DNA of 18,976 nt from Candidatus Thorarchaeota archaeon (GTDB lineage Archaea; Asgardarchaeota; Thorarchaeia; Thorarchaeales; Thorarchaeaceae), in assembly GCA_020348985.1 (NCBI GenBank), contig CP070761.1:2636012-2654987 (forward strand), read 5' to 3'. The position numbers were made by a program, and so were the translations under genes. Numbering within the stretch: the stretch's first letter is position 1; the number at the start of each line of letters is the position of its first letter. Of this stretch, positions 15,055 to 18,976 are shown piece after piece. The notes below the pieces were generated by a model that was not told where the DNA came from, did not search any database, and saw nothing but the letters and a program-made list of their open reading frames with translations.

Positions 15055-17652
15055 ATGCGCATGAATTCAAAGGGCATAACGTTTGCAGTAGTTCTGACGG
15101 TGCTTCTGATAGGTCTCGTAGGCCTTGTGGGAGATACATCCGATTCGTCTGATAATGCCCCACCAATTCATCAGACCGATTCGCTTTCTCAAAACTCGCT
15201 CTCCTACAATGAGATGGCCATACGTAGTGATGCAGAGTTCCATCAGATAGCTTCTCAGGAAGGATGGCCAGGTAGTGGCACGATGAATGATCCTTATCGG
15301 ATTCTCTTAGGCTGGTTTGGTGGAACAGATGCACCAGCCTTGATTCTTGAGAATGTCCATGAAACCTACTTTGAGTTTGAGGCTTGTGTCTTCCACTCCT
15401 ACGGAGAGCAGGAGATCGTAGCTCGTTTCACAAATGTGACCAGTGGCGTCTTCTATGATTGCCTTTTTGCAGGTTCTGACGTCTACGGTAATGTGACGAT
15501 AGAGGGTTCATTGCTTATGGAGTTTCTAGAGACCGATTTCTTCTCTAATCTGGATATTGTCAACTGTTCTGAGTTCTTTGTTACAATGGGCAATGTTACT
15601 TATTCAGATGTACGATTGCTGGAGGGCACTCGAAACATAACAATCGTGGACTTCCACTTTGTTGACAGCCATCTCATTATCATCGATTCCTATGAGAATA
15701 GGATCAATGAGAACATCTTCACAAGTTACGTTTATGATGCAGGGTGGGACAATGACTGGAACGGGAACTACTGGATAGACTACTCCGGCATGGGAGCCTA
15801 CACCATTCCTGGCCCAGCCGAAAGCGTCGACAACTACCCGTCATTGTACACAGGCGGGCTCCCCGTACCGTCAGGTTATACTTTCAGCGGATCAACTGCC
15901 ATAAGAAATGATGCCCAGTTCTCTGAGGTTGCATCAGTCAGAGGTTGGGAAGGTAATGGAACTGAGAGCGATCCTTACCTCATCCAGAATGTATGGTTTC
16001 AAGGTTCAGGTGAATACTCCTTAATCCTAGAGAACCTAGACACAACTCACTTCGTCTTCGAAAGATGTGGATTCTCGAGTGAGTTCTCTACGGAACTAGT
16101 GAATATCAGCAACGTAGAATACGGATTCTTCGTTGAATGCTTGTTCACGGGTGACTCAGGTGGATGTCACATTTGGCATTCTGAGTTTCTGGCCTTTGAT
16201 TTGTGCTACTTTGGCACTCACTGCTTTGTGAGAAACTCGTCAGAGATATGGTTCTATGGTGGCAATTTCACGGCAGGCTCATTGGTGATAGAAGTAGATT
16301 GCTACTGGATAGCTGTTCACGAAGTTCTCTTCTACTCGGGAGACCTCTATATTGGTCAAGATTGCCACGATTGTGAAATCTCAGGAAACAAGTTCAGGTT
16401 CGACGCCATAGATGACGGCTATGACAACCAGTGGGACGGCAATTACTGGCCCGATTTCAGTGGGACGGGTATCTACTACGTCAGTGGGAGCGCAGGCAGT
16501 GTGGACAGTGACCCACACGTGCTGACCGAGTTCATTGAGCCGCCAGATGGTCCACCACCAGTGTGGCCATTTCAAGCGGCGGCTGGAGCTATAGCTGCTT
16601 TGTCATTCACAATTGTACTATCCATAGGTGTAAGACGCATTTCAAGAAATTCACCACGTCGTTATGATAGAACCAGGAGAGAACCAATACGAGTCGAGAG
16701 AACCGGACCTGTTGACAGAGAAGTGGAGAGAGACGACCGGGTTGTGAGAGCAGATGAGATTCGCAAAACTGCGCGTCCAGAGCTCTCAGTGGCATATCCA
16801 AGGACTCCGCGACCTGTGTTTCCAACACCAGTACCTGAGTCCGAATCAAAGGGCGCAGTGAAAGCGTTACGCGGCGGAGAGTTTCTGGGAAATCGAATGA
16901 GGTTCAAGGTCAAGGTGCTCAATGAAACCCGATTTACAATAACAGACGTGACTGTATTCCTGTTGTCATATCCTCAGAGTGCCCTGGTCTTGCGTTCAGA
17001 CAATGACGTTTTCTTCCCCAAGATTGAGCCAAACGGTTTCAGGAGCCCATACTTCGATTTCGGCCCAACTCAAGACTGCGTTCGCGGTGAGATTATCGCA
17101 GGAGTATCATATGTAGACCATCTTGGCAATCCACACTCGATGACAGCGAAACCATATGTCATCCGAGCTGTGTGTGATCTTCTACAGCCCGAACCAATAT
17201 CCGCAGCGTCATTTGAATTGAAGCTCAAGGAGCTTCATCATGGAGATCTCAACCTTCGAATCGATGACTGGAATCCAGAAGAGATGCACGAGAAGACGCT
17301 GAGAATCCTTGATGAATCTAATTTCTACGAGGTAAGCAGCACTATTGAGGAAGATGACGGAATTCTCTTCACAAAGATAATAGGATGGGCACGTGGCAAG
17401 TATACTGGCAGGAGCATTGGTGTGGAGATCTCGGTCTCAGGCAAATCAGGAGTGAAAGGTGCTTCATGCCGGATTCTTGTCCTTGGTGAAGACGAGGCAA
17501 TGATACTGCCAACGGTCGACGAGCTCAAAGAGAAGCTCAGTACATGGCTTTGCCCAATGTGCGGAAGTAAATTGCCATTGAAGGCTGTTGAAGACCTCCG
17601 TAAAGGAAGAGCCGCTGAGTGCGAGTTCTGTAAAGTTGCGATAGGAAGATAG
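15055..17652 (+). CDS. Type I single-pass membrane protein: signal peptide, two beta-helix (NosD-like) ectodomain repeats, TM helix, Pro/Arg linker, appendage-like domain, C4 zinc ribbon
   Basis: ATG 15055 follows GGGGAG. Hydrophobic N-terminus (ITFAVVLTVLLIGLVGLVG); two ~207-aa repeats with many N-x-S/T sequons; TM AAAGAIAALSFTIVLSIGV followed by RR (positive-inside); C-terminal CPMC-x19-CEFC. Confidence 0.85.
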   Translation: MRMNSKGITFAVVLTVLLIGLVGLVGDTSDSSDNAPPIHQTDSLSQNSLSYNEMAIRSDAEFHQIASQEGWPGSGTMNDPYRILLGWFGGTDAPALILENVHETYFEFEACVFHSYGEQEIVARFTNVTSGVFYDCLFAGSDVYGNVTIEGSLLMEFLETDFFSNLDIVNCSEFFVTMGNVTYSDVRLLEGTRNITIVDFHFVDSHLIIIDSYENRINENIFTSYVYDAGWDNDWNGNYWIDYSGMGAYTIPGPAESVDNYPSLYTGGLPVPSGYTFSGSTAIRNDAQFSEVASVRGWEGNGTESDPYLIQNVWFQGSGEYSLILENLDTTHFVFERCGFSSEFSTELVNISNVEYGFFVECLFTGDSGGCHIWHSEFLAFDLCYFGTHCFVRNSSEIWFYGGNFTAGSLVIEVDCYWIAVHEVLFYSGDLYIGQDCHDCEISGNKFRFDAIDDGYDNQWDGNYWPDFSGTGIYYVSGSAGSVDSDPHVLTEFIEPPDGPPPVWPFQAAAGAIAALSFTIVLSIGVRRISRNSPRRYDRTRREPIRVERTGPVDREVERDDRVVRADEIRKTARPELSVAYPRTPRPVFPTPVPESESKGAVKALRGGEFLGNRMRFKVKVLNETRFTITDVTVFLLSYPQSALVLRSDNDVFFPKIEPNGFRSPYFDFGPTQDCVRGEIIAGVSYVDHLGNPHSMTAKPYVIRAVCDLLQPEPISAASFELKLKELHHGDLNLRIDDWNPEEMHEKTLRILDESNFYEVSSTIEEDDGILFTKIIGWARGKYTGRSIGVEISVSGKSGVKGASCRILVLGEDEAMILPTVDELKEKLSTWLCPMCGSKLPLKAVEDLRKGRAAECEFCKVAIGR
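15217..16515 (+). repeat. Intragenic tandem duplication of the ectodomain (about 15217-15840 and 15898-16515)
   Basis: AIRSDAEF..ASQEGWPGSGTMNDPY.I / AIRNDAQF..ASVRGWEGNGTESDPY.I; LILEN in both; DNDWNGNYWIDYSGMG.Y..PG.AESVD.YP / DNQWDGNYWPDFSGTG.Y..SG.AGSVD.DP. Confidence 0.9.
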
Positions 17653-17756
17653 AACGCCAATGAGTAGTCAGGATTTCTACAAGTGTGCTTGTACCATACC
17701 AAGAACGAACTGTGTTTCTTGGAACTCCAACTGCCCTAGGGGGTCGGAGTAGCACA

Positions 17757-18839
17757 ATGCAAGTGGATGCAACTTTCTTCTTCGTGATGTTGGTTGTGTC
17801 TCTGGTCTGTTACTGCGCGTGCTATGGGAAGCTTGGTTGCCGTTGTGCAGAAGATGACTTTGACGCGCAAGGGGATAGAACATACCGAACGCGAGTGAGA
17901 CATACTCGGACTGCACCCTGGCTGCGAATTCCCACTTATGAACCGGTTGCCAAATCGAAAGCTGTATCTGCTCGTAGACCAATCTCGGGAGTCTCAGAGG
18001 CCCTAAGGACGGTTCCAAGAGGTGCGCCCGAGCGTCCACAAGATGTTAGGGCTCTTAGAGGAGGCGAGTTCATCGGGAATAGGATGCGATTCAAGGTCAA
18101 GGTATTCAACGACAGTCCGTACATCATTACCGATGTCAGGGTGTATCTGATTTCTTACCCGCGAGAGGCTCTGAGTTTGGTCGGAGAAGACGATGTCTAT
18201 TTCGGAAAGATAGAACCCGATGGATTCAGAAGCCCACACTTCGACTTCATGCCAACACAAGACTGCGTTAAAGGAAACATCGTAGCAGGCGTGGCTTATA
18301 TCGATCATCGTGGAGCGGCTCACACTTTGCAGACAAGACCCTTTGTGATTCGGTCAGTCTGCGATCTACTGCAACCAGAACAGATTGCCCCGAGTGAGTT
18401 CGAACTAAAGCTCCAGAATCTGGCCCATGGCGAACTAGTCGTCAAAGTAGATGAGTGGACTCCAGAAGAGATGCATGAGAAGACACTAAGGATTCTTGAT
18501 GAATCTAACTTCCATGAAGTAACATCAGAACTGGACGCCTCTGAGAGTGTTGTAATGGGAAAGGTAAGTGGCTGGGCAAGGGGCAAGTACACTGGCAAGA
18601 ATCTTGGCGTCGAAGTGTGGATCTCCGGAAAGTCTTCAGAACCCGGCGCGACATGCAGGATCAAGGTCTCCGGTGAAGATGATGCCATGATTCTGCCTGC
18701 AATTGATGACCTGAAGGAACGTCTGAGTGCCTGGCTATGTCCAATGTGCGGAGGAAAACTGAGCATGGCGGCCGTGGCCGAGATTCAATCGGGAAAATCT
18801 GTAACGTGTCCTTATTGCAGTGTGTCGGTTGCTAGATAG
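17757..18839 (+). CDS. Paralogous membrane-anchored protein: N-terminal hydrophobic anchor with Cys cluster, basic linker, same appendage-like domain and C4 zinc ribbon (360 aa)
   Basis: ATG 17757 follows GGAG. FFFVMLVVSLVCYCACYGKLGCRC anchor; last 264 aa colinear with those of 15055-17652; CPMC-x19-CPYC. Confidence 0.85.
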   Translation: MQVDATFFFVMLVVSLVCYCACYGKLGCRCAEDDFDAQGDRTYRTRVRHTRTAPWLRIPTYEPVAKSKAVSARRPISGVSEALRTVPRGAPERPQDVRALRGGEFIGNRMRFKVKVFNDSPYIITDVRVYLISYPREALSLVGEDDVYFGKIEPDGFRSPHFDFMPTQDCVKGNIVAGVAYIDHRGAAHTLQTRPFVIRSVCDLLQPEQIAPSEFELKLQNLAHGELVVKVDEWTPEEMHEKTLRILDESNFHEVTSELDASESVVMGKVSGWARGKYTGKNLGVEVWISGKSSEPGATCRIKVSGEDDAMILPAIDDLKERLSAWLCPMCGGKLSMAAVAEIQSGKSVTCPYCSVSVAR

Positions 18840-18885
18840 TCAGACTCTCAAAGCTTGATGAATGGACTAGAAATAGAATATGTCT

Positions 18886-18903
18886 GAGCCCCAGCTGGGG
18901 CTC
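18886..18903. other. Perfect 18-bp palindrome GAGCCCCAGCTGGGGCTC (possible terminator hairpin or protein-binding site)
   Basis: Reads identically on both strands; starts 46 nt after the last stop codon; no U-tract follows. Confidence 0.5.
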
Positions 18904-18976
18904 CAACATGAACCAAGGAGAACTCAGTAGACTTCACGTGGGCTCTCACGTAGTCTGTCTGGCAGAGCTCCACCTG

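Noticed and set aside
17937-17948. YEPV as a YxxPhi sorting signal in the linker
   Set aside because: A four-residue motif is expected by chance and is not shared by the paralog.
18848-18976. Possible 3' end of a convergent minus-strand gene (...QTYSISSPFIKL*) or a plus-strand start at 18908
   Set aside because: Too short at the window edge to choose between frames.
1-18976. CRISPR arrays, tRNA/rRNA, IS elements or integrases
   Set aside because: No spaced direct repeats, RNA gene signatures, terminal inverted repeats or transposase-like ORFs were seen.

Overview
Archaeal chromosomal window, probably from an Asgard archaeon (Thorarchaeia-like). The taxonomy is inferred from the style of the secreted beta-helix repeats, not from a marker gene. 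(1) 1-12146, minus strand: a tightly coupled operon of at least 12 genes, hdrC-hdrB-hdrC-hdrB-hdrA(GltD-insert, HdrL-like)-mvhD-hdrA'(short)-hdrA''-mvhD-small wHTH-mvhG-mvhA. mvhA runs off the left edge and is missing from the supplied ORF track. This is a group 3c [NiFe]-hydrogenase/heterodisulfide reductase cluster with three non-equivalent HdrA proteins. (2) A divergently transcribed tungsten-type aldehyde:ferredoxin oxidoreductase. (3) Two tandem single-pass membrane proteins that share a gap-free 264-aa C-terminal module, about 60% identical by hand count. By manual motif comparison this module looks like a coatomer/adaptin appendage ('ear': Ig sandwich plus platform) followed by a C4 zinc ribbon. 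One protein has a duplicated beta-helix-like ectodomain and the other has only a Cys-rich membrane anchor. This possible receptor/coat-appendage pair is the most novel-looking element. No RNA genes, CRISPR arrays or mobile elements were seen.
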